The translations under genes and the position numbers were made by a program. 64,000 bases of DNA from Eutreptiella sp. 'Long Island Sound 2002' (taxonomy: Eukaryota > Protista > Euglenida), in contig OZ038379.1 of assembly GCA_964036045.1 (NCBI GenBank), forward strand, positions 20,522,001-20,586,000. The letters are read 5' to 3'. The notes beneath the pieces were generated by a model. That model made no database searches and was not told the DNA's origin. It was given only the letters and a program-made list of their open reading frames with translations. How positions within the stretch are numbered: the stretch's first letter is position 1; every line of letters starts with the position of its first letter. Positions 23,436-35,200 of the stretch are shown in pieces.

Positions 23436-24720
23436 TGAGGCCAACTGGGCCATCCGCTGTAAAGCCACCATAGAACACAACCCTTTCCGCTCTACATCCT
23501 ACTTCCTGAAACTCTACAGGCGATTGCTGCACAGATGGCAGCAATCCAAAACACCGGGCATCCGCCTAGAACAATTGTCTGCTTTTCTTGATCTTCTTAT
23601 GTCTCTACAGCGGGGGGATTCAGGGAACAGACCACAACTAGAGCCCACCCCCCCAACACCATCCCCCACCAAAGCACAGCTCCGTGCCAAACGTAGACTC
23701 GAACGCAAGATGCGCTCGCTACACAAGCTGATTGCTCACCTTGACAGTATCGACGACCAAGGGTATATATTGGTTTTCATAGATGGCTCGCCTGAGTGCT
23801 TCGAGGGGCTCGGGTATGTGGGGGGCTATGGGGTCTTTTCCAACCTTCCAGTCTCGCTGTCTGCCCCGGTGCCGCTACACATGAAGCAAACGATTAACAC
23901 TGCTGAACTCCGGCACTACAGGCTCTACGACTTCATGCTGATGAGCCTAAGGTTGCAATCTGTACGGGTTCAGAATATGTCCTCAAAGGGGCACAGGTGG
24001 CAGCACTGAGGTGGCAGGCGAGAGGCTGGGTGGGGTCGGCGGGACCGGTGTCTAATATCCCTCTCTGGAAAGAATTGCTATAGCATCTAGATTCCACTTT
24101 TCAAGATATACTGTGGGTAAAAGTCCCCTCACATGTGAATGTGGAAGGTAACGAACATGCTGACACCCTTGCCAACAATGGTAGGCTCAGCAACCCCCTA
24201 TACCCGGCCCGCAAGACCCCCAGGGTCCACCCAGCAAGACAGCGAGTCAAACGGACGTGTCAGGTGGCCGCCCGACGCCCCCCCTCACGGGAGGTGTCCC
24301 CTCCACGGCCAACTGTGCTGAACTTTGAGCAGTGTATTGATTCTAAGGGGACTAGAGAGGATACCCCGGATGTTTTCCCGGGGGATGAGCTGGCAAGTGA
24401 TGTGTGACTGGAATTGGGTCTAATTGAGATGCCAGACAGCCCGAGGAGCGAGGAGTCTACACACAACTGCCGCTCGAGTGCTTCCACGGTTACCATCCTT
24501 TCCGATGAGTCAGAGGCCCCTGCATCCTCTTTTTGTAAAAGGACAGCACAAGCAGGGGAGGGGAGGCGCAACCCCTCGACGTCGTGCAGCGAGTACCGAT
24601 CCACAGGGACCCAGACCCCCCTGCCAGCGCCTGAAGCAGCATTCTACAGAGGCAGGAATCGTAGCCCCTCGACCTCTTGCGGCGACAGGGATTTTTCCTA
24701 AGCCACCTTGCTTTCTGAGG
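23436..24720 (+). mobile_element. 5'-truncated LINE 3' fragment encoding RNase H (pseudogene)
   Basis: VFIDGS...GGYGVF...QTINTAEL, then frameshifted RWQARGW...VSNIPLW...WVKVPSHVNVEGNEHADTLA; begins at a NW.IRC motif also seen in the LINE at ~36259. Confidence 0.8.
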
Positions 24721-24770
24721 GGTTATAGCTGGGTTCCTGTGAGGCCCTGTCTGACTCTGGGAGGACGTAG

Positions 24771-24882
24771 CACTCATGGTGTAGTCGGTACCGCACACGT
24801 CCCCAATCCCCCAAGGGGTGGTTCGAACCCCGGTGGGGATATAGATCCACCGAACGGCCCGTCCCCGAGCCGTCTCTTTTTT
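24771..24882 (+). other. tRNA-like Pol III module 1 (degenerate tRNA or SINE head)
   Basis: A box TGGTGTAGTCGG 24777, B box GGTTCGAACCCC 24820, T6 at 24877; acceptor stem imperfect. Confidence 0.5.
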
Positions 24883-25140
24883 CGTTTGAGTTAAGATCCT
24901 AGGAAAGGAACTCTCCACATATATGGCGACGCAACCATACCTGAAAGTGCACGGGGGCCCGGCCCCGCAGTGCGCTCCGACTTGGCGGGCCGTCGTGAAC
25001 CGTGGAGGCGACGGCGCAGGCCAGCCGCCTCATGAACAGTTGTTGTTCTTGGTGTAGAGGTAGAGGGTAGATCTTGCCCCTGATAGCGTTTGGTGCTACT
25101 TTCCGCTGGTGGTCTTGTTAACGGGTTCATAAGCCACATC

Positions 25141-25240
25141 GGTAGCATAGCTTAATGGAAGTGCACGGAGGTTTCGTCCCGGAGGGCGTAGGTTCGATGC
25201 CCGCCGTGGAGGGGGCGGTGCCAGCGGCCCGCCTCTTTTC
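25141..25240 (+). other. tRNA-like Pol III module 2
   Basis: A box TAGCTTAATGG 25148, B box GGTTCGATGCC 25191, T4 at 25236. Confidence 0.55.
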
Positions 25241-25305
25241 TTGGAGGTGGCGGGTTCCATTGTCAGGGCAGTAGCAGGGCAGGCAGATGGGCTCATTTCT
25301 CAGAT

Positions 25306-25434
25306 ATCGTCGTGGCACTATAGTGGACAGTCACCCCGGCCTGAGTTCCTAGGGGTAGGTTCGAATCTTGGGGCTCGTAGCTGGTGGGGTTGGCGACATG
25401 GTCCATAGATATCTCCCTCCCGTCGGCCACTTTT
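25306..25434 (+). other. tRNA-like Pol III module 3
   Basis: A-box-like TGGCACTATAGTGG 25313, B box GGTTCGAATC 25358, T4 at 25431. Confidence 0.45.
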
Positions 25435-25723
25435 CTCCCTTTCACATATTGTCTAGACACGACAGGTGCTCCAGGTGCATGGCACTGGTCCATGCAGGTT
25501 ATACTTTTAGACTCGGCGGCTTCCGCTTATGCACAGTGCCTACCTGCTAACAGGAGGCGGTATGTCAGGTGCACATGTATCATCTCAGATCACGTGTATG
25601 CATTTCAGGATGTATCATAACGACTGGATGCAGCATAGCAGTTGATTGCCGATAACCACTTGGAACATTGGCTGGAATTGCCTGGGCGGGGGCATCCAGT
25701 ATCTGTGACCGACCATGATTGAG

Positions 25724-25878
25724 CCCCCTTTTGCCCTTCGTGTTTGCAACAGTGTCCTCCAAGCAAAGCTCTGCGGAAGGCACTGAGGCAAGCACAAAGA
25801 AATCGGCAACAATGAGTCCCGTGGGCACGAATGACACCCTTAGAATACGCATGCAGTGAATTGTTATTGTTGGTGTTT
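25724..25878 (+). repeat. Third (partial) copy of core element ending in a TTG-rich tail
   Basis: Matches 1120-1216, continues GTCCCGTGGGCACGAATGACACCCTTAG...GAATTGTTATTGTTGG. Confidence 0.75.
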
Positions 25879-26239
25879 GTGACACTCTACCCTTGATCTG
25901 ATGAAGGAGCTTACTCATCATTCATGGGTAAAGAGTCACAGACATAGGCTAAGGTGCAATGCATGCGGGGGACCGACAATCAAAATGTATACCCCCTGTA
26001 TTATGGGCTGCTACACTCATTGGACTTTCTGGGGCTTATTTCACGCCTCCGGCTCGGCTCTCTTCCCTGCATTGTATGTTGTATGTTACGTTTTGCTTAT
26101 GCACATGGGGTGCCCAGTTGTGTTTGTGTCATGACTCCTCCCAGGTATTTGCACCTTTCGATTCGTTTCCATTTTTTTCAACTGTGTTTGCCTCCAAGAT
26201 TCCCCTCCCCCCCAGGCGCGCCCGCGGACATCAACATAT

Positions 26240-27225
26240 ATGGAGGGGGTTCAGATAAGGAAATCGACGGGGGCACTACATGCAGTTTTGGTGCGCCTGT
26301 TGTTGGTTTCCCCAACACGCACGTTCTTGTGCCTCGTGTTTGATCCGCTGTGTACCAAGCCGTATGTAGCGCTTGCAAACACGGAGGAGTTGGCAACAGT
26401 GAACCTCCTTGCCGAACGGGAAGGCATTGAACCAAGGCCACAGAAGACGCGGGATTGGTTTTTAGGTGAGTTTGGCAGTGTAGCTTTTGCTATAGCCCCC
26501 CTCTACTCCACCTTCCTACATCAGGAAGACGGTGTGAGCTGCCATCTTGCCTGCCTCCTGATGCTACATTGCCTTTTGTCTAGGCGTGTTGTCAACGGTA
26601 GCATCCAACTTCCACAAGACAGATTGTGGTTGTTGCGTGAGATTGCACAGGCAGCTTTGCACTATCGCAATTCTCTACATGCCTCCCCCATTGAGACCAC
26701 ACCCAGTTGGGCCTTGGCACGGATGTATGCTACGCCCTGTTGTTCACCCAGCCGCTCGTCGTGCTTTTTTTGCGACGACACAGCCCACATCACGTGCCCT
26801 AAATGTGGAGTTTATCAGTGTGCCCCGCATGCTTCCGGTTTGTGTCCCTCGGAGATATGTGTGGCATTGCACGATTGGAGAGTGCAATTTACTGCCACAC
26901 TGGCATGCATTGCGTTGGCATTCGCCTTGGGTGACCGGCTTGTGGTTGACAAGCCGCCTTGTGTAGATGAGGTCCGTCCAAAGGTGGTGATCCGTGGGAA
27001 GGAATTTTTTGTTCTAAAGCATTATCCCAAAGATGCCTCTGGGAAATTGGAGTATGACAAAAATCTAATCAAAGATACAAAGACCACGGGCGTGCTTCGC
27101 AACATGTGCAAGCACAACCCTCCCTCTGCGCAACCCACATAGTGTGTGGCACATAAAAAGACAAGAAGGCGGACCTCATCTACAAGCGCGTGTTTTGCGA
27201 CTTCATACAAAGCACACGTGTGTGC
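26240..27225 (+). pseudogene. Ulp1/C48-like cysteine protease + Cys/His fingers, probably transposon-borne
   Basis: 300-aa ORF: GALHAVLV...LVFDPL...HQEDGVSC (His-Asp-Gln-Cys order of clan CE); CFFC...CPKC...C..H...C; broken MCKH...C.WHIK...HTC finger at the end. Confidence 0.55.
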
Positions 27226-27479
27226 ACCTCATGTATATGTATATGTATATATGTATATGTATTCATGATATAAAAGCTCCTTCTTTTCTTGAGCATCATT
27301 TTGTTTCTGCTGACCTTGCAATACACGGTTTGGCCCGGGTGGGGCGCCACTTACACAAGTGGCCTGGAACAGACCAGGGGGCACCATGCCCTTAAACACA
27401 AATACCACCTACCGTTGACCCCCCCCCCCCGCCATAAAATTTGTGTTTTTTGTTCAAATTCAAGTCCAAATTTGTCACT

Positions 27480-27620
27480 GCCTAGTAACCTAGTAAGGAA
27501 AGTTTTTTAAAAATTTTTCCTTTTTTTACCGAGTAAAGAATTTTTACTAGGTTTTGCTACATTTTACTAGGGTTTGCTACATTTTACTAGGTTTTGCTGC
27601 ATACTAGGTTTCACCAAATG
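27480..27620. repeat. CTAG hairpin/short-repeat array (family of 1-116)
   Basis: CCTAGTAA...TTTTACTAGGTTTTGCTACA x3, ending TACTAGGTTTCACCAAAT like 18918-18935. Confidence 0.75.
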
Positions 27621-28129
27621 CCCGTCACAAGCCCCCTCTGGTAACGCTCCCTTGCTACCCTCTTGGAGGACCGACGTGTCAGGGCAAGCTACCGGCCACA
27701 TACTTAGACCGGACCGGCCACATACCCATTTTTCAGGGCACCGCGTAGCTGCGGAGACCACCGGTCACAGCAGCACCTTCACCTGTCAGAGCACCACCAC
27801 GGGATACTGCCTCAGCCACAGCCCCAAAGGTGTTGGACATGAGGCAGTGCAATCAGGGGACCCAAGAAAGAAGGTCACAAGGGAAACACATGCAGCGGTC
27901 CGAAACCCCTATGCCACCATATTCTACGGGGACTCTCTCAGAGCCACATAAGTATATGAGACAATCCAATTTTTTCCCTGTGAAACGATGCTGCCATGTT
28001 CCCTATGTGCTCTATTTCCTTTACGCCTGGGCACACTGGAGGGGACATGCGTACGCTGCATGGGAACTAACAGAGAAGTCTTCTCCTCATGTCACATACA
28101 TGTTGCACACAAGATTTTCACACACAATT

Positions 28130-28253
28130 TGCAACGAAAGGTGCCTAACCTGCATGGTTCACTGTTTGCCCTCCATTTCCTATTTGGCCTGACGAGAAGT
28201 TCACTGCCAATGCCCGTGCTGTGCTGCGTTCAGGGTCGGTGGGTTGCCTCACA

Positions 28254-28322
<69 letters not shown>

Positions 28323-28610
28323 TGACTGTGGTCACAGGATTTGTGTATCGTGCTGGGTAGGTGGGAACCACACCAGGGTCCGTGTCCAACATGGTTCTTC
28401 TGTACCTGTCACTGGAGCGCAATTAGCATTCACTCCGTTGCACAGGCTGCAGAAATTTCTGTCGATCAATGTCTGCACGTGCCAATACAGAGTGAATGAC
28501 CCACAGTGTTGTTCGTGTGTGTGTGTGTGTGTGTGTGTGTTTCTGTGTGGTCGTTTGTGTGCGGTTGGGACATGCAAGCAGCTGTAGGGTATTTACCCCC
28601 CCCCCCTCTT
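28130..28610. repeat. Diverged partial copy of composite repeat, with (GT)n at 28256-28319
   Basis: Similar to 9230-9650; ~32 GT units. Confidence 0.85.
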
Positions 28611-29193
28611 TTCTTCTTGGGAAAGGAACAGAGAGGAGCAGCAGAGAGGAGAGAGAGAGAGAGTGGGACACAGGAGAGAGAGCAAGAGAGAGCAAGAGAG
28701 ATTGGGAGGCAGAGTGTGGGAGAGAGACCCACAGAGCAAGAGACGGGGGCTAACCGGCGCAAAGGGAGGGTGGTGGGTTCGAGCTGACCAGGGTGTATGG
28801 GACGCCAAGACAGCACGGAACAGTCAAGTGGTGAAAAAACAGGGCGCCGTAGCGCCCCTGAGCCACAGGCACGACACGTCGTCACGTGTTGAAAGGCCGA
28901 AGCATGACTGGGGCTGCGAGAGTGCGGCCCAAGTGAGGCAGTTGGAAGCCAGTGGGCAAGGAAAAGTGGGCAGTATGCGCATGCATGGTGTCGAGCAGAA
29001 AAGGTAGGCGCCACACACAGTACAGCAATGATCTGTTGAGATACCTGACAGCAGGAGCACATGTTGAAATGTTGAGACGCCTTTGCGCCACCAAAGGCGC
29101 CTTTGCGCCCCTGAGGCACGAGTACGACACGTCCTCACGTGCCAGGGAATGAGTGCAAGACAGGGGCACGACCTGCAGGGCAAGGGTTAGAGT

Positions 29194-29396
29194 CTAACCG
29201 GCACTGTGGGTGGGTGGTGGGTGCGAGCTGACCTCACTGTTCAGAGGAACAGAGCTAATGCACAGTCAGCAACCACCTGGTGTGGTACAGAACTGGTCTA
29301 CGCTGCAGTGCAGCAAGCATAACACTGAACAATGTGGTTATGACCATGCGCCTGTGACACCGGGGCGTATGCGAACCCAGTTTCCGTTGCCTCATG
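29194..29396. mobile_element. ~200-bp dispersed SINE-like element
   Basis: CTAACCGGC...GCGAGCTGACC...GTGACAC...GCCTCATG; homologous copy at 51276-51497 and a partial copy at 28750. Confidence 0.6.
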
Positions 29397-29439
29397 CCCC
29401 CCCCCCCCCCCCTCTTTTCTCCCGCCCCCCATCCCTGAC

Positions 29440-32130
29440 CGTCCATCACTGGCTAGTTCCTGAAGGTAACGCAACAGTGACGATGCAAACGGTGGTGATG
29501 AAGAGGCAGGACAATCTCCCTCCTTAACCACTTCCCCATCACTGTTGATCACCTGACCCTGACACCGTGTACACTGTCCTTGCCACTAGAATGCACAGAC
29601 TCAGGCCCATCCAAGCAGGACCCACCAGAGCTAGACCCGTCAGAGGTGGATCCATCATCAGTGAAGTGGTTTAGGCGAAGTTTGTGACGTGTTTCCTGCA
29701 CTTTTTTGCCCCTGAACCTGATCTTCGCTGGTGTTAGCGCAAGGACTTGGGAGGGGAGGGCGGCACAAGGCTTATCTTCTCCCACCTTTGTTTTTCATGC
29801 TGGGGCTAGATACAGCAACGGGGTTGCCCTTTTTGATGCTCCAGGGTTCCTATTGACAAGGATCCTTGTCCAATTTCATGCAACGAAAGGTGCCTAGCCT
29901 GCATGATTGACTGTTTGGCCTCCATTTCCTGTTTGCTCTGACAAGAAGTCCACTGCCCGTGCCCGTGCTGTGCTGCCTTCAGGGTCGGTGCTGGGTTGCT
30001 TCACATGTTGTGTGCGTCTGTGTGTGTGACTGTGGTCAAAGGGTTTGTTTCTCGTGTTGGGTCGGTGGGAACCAGAGCAGGGTCTGTGTCCAACATGTTA
30101 CTTCTATACCTGTCACTGGAGCGCAATTAGCATTCATTCTGTTGCACAGGCTGCAGAAAATTTCTGTCGATCAATGTCTGCACGTGCCAATACAGAACGA
30201 ATGGCCCCCAGTGCCATGTGTGTTTTTGTGTGTGTGTGTGTGTGTTTGCGTGTGTGTGCGTGCATGCGTGTTGGGGCATGCAGGCAGCTGTAGGGTATTT
30301 ACCCTCCCCTCTTTTGTCCAACCCTGACCGTCCATCTCCCCATCAGGGGGTGGGGGGGGGGGAGGACTATCACTGGCTAATTCCTAAAGAAAACGCAACA
30401 GTGACCATGAAGATGGTGGTGGTGAAGAGGTAGGACAATCTCCCTCCTCAACATCCTCCGCATCAGTGTTGACCACCTGACCCTGAAACCGTGTACACTG
30501 TCCTTGCCACTAGAATGCACAGACTCAGGCCCATCCAAGCAGGACCCACCAGAGCTAGACCCGTCAGAGGTGGATCCATCATCAGTGAAGTGGTTTAGGC
30601 GAAGTTTGTGACGTGTTTCCTGCACTTTTTTGCCCCTGAACCTGATCTTCGCTGGTGTTAGCGCAAGGACTGGGGAGGGGAGGGCGGCACAAGGCTTATC
30701 TTCTCCCACCTTTGTTTTTCATGCTGGGGCTAGATAGTTGCCCTTTTTGATGCTCCAGGGTTCCTATTGACAAGGGCCCTTGTCCAATTTCATGCAACGA
30801 AAGGTGCCTAGCCTGCATGATTGACTGTTTGGCCTCCATTTCCTGTTTGCTCTGACAAGAAGTCCACTGCCCGTGCCCGTGCTGTGCTGCCTTCAGGGTC
30901 GGTGCTGGGTTGCTTCACATGTTGTGTGCGTCTGTGTGTGTGACTGTGGTCAAAGGGTTTGTGTCTCGTGGTGGGTTGGTGGGAACCAGAGCAGGGTGTG
31001 TGTGTATTTGTGTTTGCGTGTGTATGCGTGCATGTGTGTTGGGGCATGCAGGCAGCTGTAGGGTATTTACCCTCCCCTCTTTTGTCCAGCCCTGACCCCC
31101 ATCAGGGGGTGGGGGGGGGGGAGGACTATCACTGGCTAATTCCTAAAGAAAACGCAACAGTGACCATGAAGATGGTGGTGGTGAAGAGGTAGGACAATCT
31201 CCCTCCTCAACATCCTCCCCATCAATGTTGACCACCTGACCCTGAAACCGTGTACACTGTCCTTGCCACTAGAATGCACAGACTCAGGCCCATCCAAGCA
31301 GGACCCACCAGAGCTAGACCCGTCAGAGGTGGATCCATCATCAGTGAAGTGGTCTAGGCGAAGTCTGCTCAGGGAACCTGTTGGATAGGCCGCACTCTTG
31401 GGGACAAGTCGTATTTTACATGGGACATTCCGGATGTAAACACGATCCCCAAAAGCTGGTGGCACCAAAAGTGCCCAAACCTGGACGCTATTCTGCACCC
31501 AAACGCAGAAAGCACCCTGCAGCGAAGCCCGCTGCAGCCAGCTCGCAGTGGATTGCCAAATCTGCTTATTTGCATCATGTGCCTGACAGCATCAGCATCT
31601 ATGCATGTCAGCGTGTATCCAAGAGCCTTTGGCAACCATCAGCAAGCAAGTGACCAGCCATGAATTGTGCACAGGTTTGAGTGATGTCTGCAGCGTGTGT
31701 TTCGTGGTATTGTCTCGCAATTAACGCCATATTCTGGAACGGCAAGGGTCCTTGAGGTACCATGGAAGGGTGGGAGTATGACATGTGGGTATGTTTCCCT
31801 TGAATCCCTTATAAAGTGCATGGCGGAGTGTGCACAACGGGCAAACTCCGTCCGTGCAGAGGAGCCACAGGCTGTGGTGATTGCGTTAGATGCAGCCCGG
31901 GAAATCAGCCATGATGTTGAACTGGTTGGAAAATTCTCCATAAGACCAATCGCAATTCCAATATTTTCTACAACACTTGGAGACATCATCACCTCACCGT
32001 CACCCGTCTTAAATGCCAGCACCCTTTTGCGAAGTTCGCCTTATTAATCGTGAAATTGGCTTGTACCCCCTTTATCTAGGGGTTCAAACGCCCAGCAGCA
32101 TCCATGCGCTGCAAGTTGGGGGAGTGATCC
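29440..32130. repeat. Second cluster (three copies) of the composite repeat, with internal deletions
   Basis: GACTCAGGCCCATCCAAGC at ~29598, 30522, 31281; two copies join GCGAAGTTTG directly to TGACGTGTTTCC. Confidence 0.9.
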
Positions 32131-32299
32131 GCTTGTGTCAGGTGACACCGTGCTTCCTGCGCTTTTGGCCCCTTAATCAGATTTTAGCTAGTGTTAGCGC
32201 AAGCAGGGTGCTGACCGTGCGGCACTTGCGGTGTGGCGCACGGTGCAACGTCAGCCCAGTGCGCACTCAATATATCCTCACACTAAAAGTCCCTGAGAC

Positions 32300-35200
32300 A
32301 TGGCCACTGATGCACTGTATGCAGTGGTGGGCTTGCATTGTCCATTGTGGGCTCATTATCAAAGGCGGATTGTGTGGCAATCCAATATGAGCAATCCATC
32401 TGTATTTCTACACATGGCCATGTCTCCCGAAACCAAACCAGGACAAGTCTATTTCTGTGCATGCAGAATTTTACATTTTACATTACATCTCTTTTTTATT
32501 GGTCTTGAGAGCTGTGGCCCCATTCGTATCTCAAGCAAGCGGCCTCCTTGGCATGGGGTGTGGGCAGCTGCTCCGATGTTGACCTAGATCGTAAACGTAG
32601 GATTGACAAGATTTTAATTCCTGAAAACTTTCAATGCCACATCCAAGAGTGCTACACCAGGGACTTGCTTTAATTTTCATTCCGACGGGGGGGGGACCCC
32701 TCCCCCCCTCCCCTGGACCCCCCCCCCCCTCCCTCCTCAGCTCAAGTGCAGCTGAAAACCTGGGTTTGAGGAACTTTTTTTGGTGATGGGGAAAAAACTT
32801 CGGCGCACGCCACACACTGTTTACTTATCGTTTTATGTGTACTCTACGTTCCTTGTCTTGCAGATTACCATGACCCAACGCTCGTTGTCAGTGTATTTCC
32901 GCTCCCCAGTCCAACCGTCGCCACGCGCAAAACGCAAAGACGTAATCGACACGCTGCTTTATTTTAGGTTTAAAGATAGGATCACTGGCCGGAAGAGACA
33001 ACAAGCATACAAAAGGCATGCGCCACACTGTTTTTGAGTGTGCCAATGGCAACACTTGTCTGATGTCTCCCATTCAGGCAGTGACTCAGATTCCTCATCA
33101 TCATCAGGTTTCAGCTCCACTTCCACTACAGATGGAGGCTCCAGTTCAGGGGAGTCTAATTCTGATTGACCATGATCACTGTGAGTTGGCATGAGATGGT
33201 GAATGTCCCGCTTTGTTGTATTTGTTGTGTCTTGATTAGATGAGGGAACCCTGAATTGACCTGCAATGATGAATTGGCTTTGTTTGCTACCAACAAGATG
33301 ACATTTCCATGTGCTCAGTGGTTCGTTGCCCAACAAATTTTCTGTTCCCTGTGGACTGGGTACGTTCCGACGGGGGGGGGGGGGGACCCCTCCCCCCTGG
33401 ACCCCCTCCCCCTCCCCCCCCCCCGCTCAAGCAAGTCCCTGGTGCTACACTACCTTCTTAGCCAGCTCAGACCACAAAGCTATATTCCTCAACCTGTGCC
33501 CTGTTGGGGAAGGGAATACACGAAGGAAAAGGTGCCCCACTAGTATTTTGAAGTGCGAACAAACAATCCATGCTATTTTTGAAACATTGAACGGCCTGAC
33601 CACCACGGGCTTCATAGCCTGGAACGACTCTATGCAGGGCATCCGCCAAAAGGCCCTCGCCTACGAGAGAAACCACACTCCCGATGGGATAACCGAAGTA
33701 TAGGCGCTCTTTCTAGAGTCTACTATCCATCCAGCTTGCCCCAGGGGCAGTTGATTTTGTGGTGTCCCAGGGTTATGTTTCACTCCCTACGCCCACCCTC
33801 TACAGATGCCTTGCAGCCCTTTCAGAACAGTCACATTCAGGCATGATTGTACTTGATAAGCTCACAAACACATCTTACCGACCCACATGCACCCCAACCC
33901 TAGCGCAAAAGATAAGAAGTCTGTCGGATAGTCCGCCAACTGCAAGTTAAACGCAAATTGCACTCCCTACGGTCCAAAACCGGCGTTGTTCCTGCCACAC
34001 CTAGACGCTATGGCACGGGAAATCACCACCTTCTAGTCGGACACTCTGTCCTCCTCTGGCTTGCCTACCTTTGAATGCTCTGAATACTTGAAAACTGTCT
34101 TTGCTAACAAGCCATTAGCTGCCATGGCCAAGATGCTGATGAAACCGGTCACAGCCGACCTGCTTCAAGCTGCCCTCGAAAATCTCAGTCCCACTTCTTC
34201 CCCGGTATTTGACGGTTTCGCTGGTGAGGTTTATAAAATGTTCGCGGAACATTTTGTTCCGCTCATGCTTGACATTTATTAGCAATCGCTAAAAGACCCA
34301 CAGATTTCTCTGTTTTGGTCTTTGGCACTGCTGAATCCCATCCCCAAAGGATGGGGTCTGTTGGGCGTCCAAGACCCGCAACCACTTCTTCTTCAAAACT
34401 TTAACACCAAATGGATTGCGGCTATCATAGCTATGCAACTTGAAGATTTTATGTCCGCTATCACCCCCACCCAACAGGGAGGTTTTATCAAAGGTCGGTC
34501 TATCTTCGACAACCTGTGGCAGGCTTTTGGGTCATGGACCACTGGGAATCAGGGCATTTACTGCCCCATTGATTTCAAAAATGCATTTGACTATGTCTCC
34601 CACGATGATAGTAGGGCCTTCCTTACTGACATGTGCAATCTTGAAGAACTTGTTTGCCTCATGATGGCGTTGTTTTACCGCCCCCATCTGCCTGTCCATT
34701 TGAGGGCAAACACAGTTCCAGCATTGGATTGTCCCCACTTCTGCGGTACGACAAGGGTGCCCATTGTTGCCCTCTATCTTTGCAATGCTCATTTCGCCAC
34801 TAGCACACAAGTTGATGAATATATCACCCTGCGTGCAAGTTTTACTTTATGCTAATGATTTGTTAATTATTGTCACAGGTGAACAAGATCATGCAGCATT
34901 TCTTTTTCTGCTTTCTTAGGGCGCTGTCCGGGCCTTCTCACGCTGCAGTGGCCTCTGTGTTCATGTTCCCAGTTCACCCCTGCTTCTCAGGGGATCATGG
35001 AATTAATCTCACAAAGTGCAATGGCTTTCTACAAGACTCAGCATCAAAGCCTCCTATAAGTGTTTAGGCATCCAATTCGGTGACGCAACGGCACAAGAGG
35101 CCTAGTCGCATGCACTTCAAAAAGCCATGGGCAGGTCCTTTGCCATGCAAAAATGGGCTCTGTCCCTTCCTGAAAGAATCCAGCTGCTCAAACTATGGGT

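Noticed and set aside
24925-25030. 5S rRNA-like start (…CAACCATACC…)
   Set aside because: Similarity is limited to a few bases; internal 5S motifs are absent.
24771-25375. Functional tRNA genes
   Set aside because: Acceptor and anticodon stems cannot be paired convincingly; kept only as tRNA-like modules.
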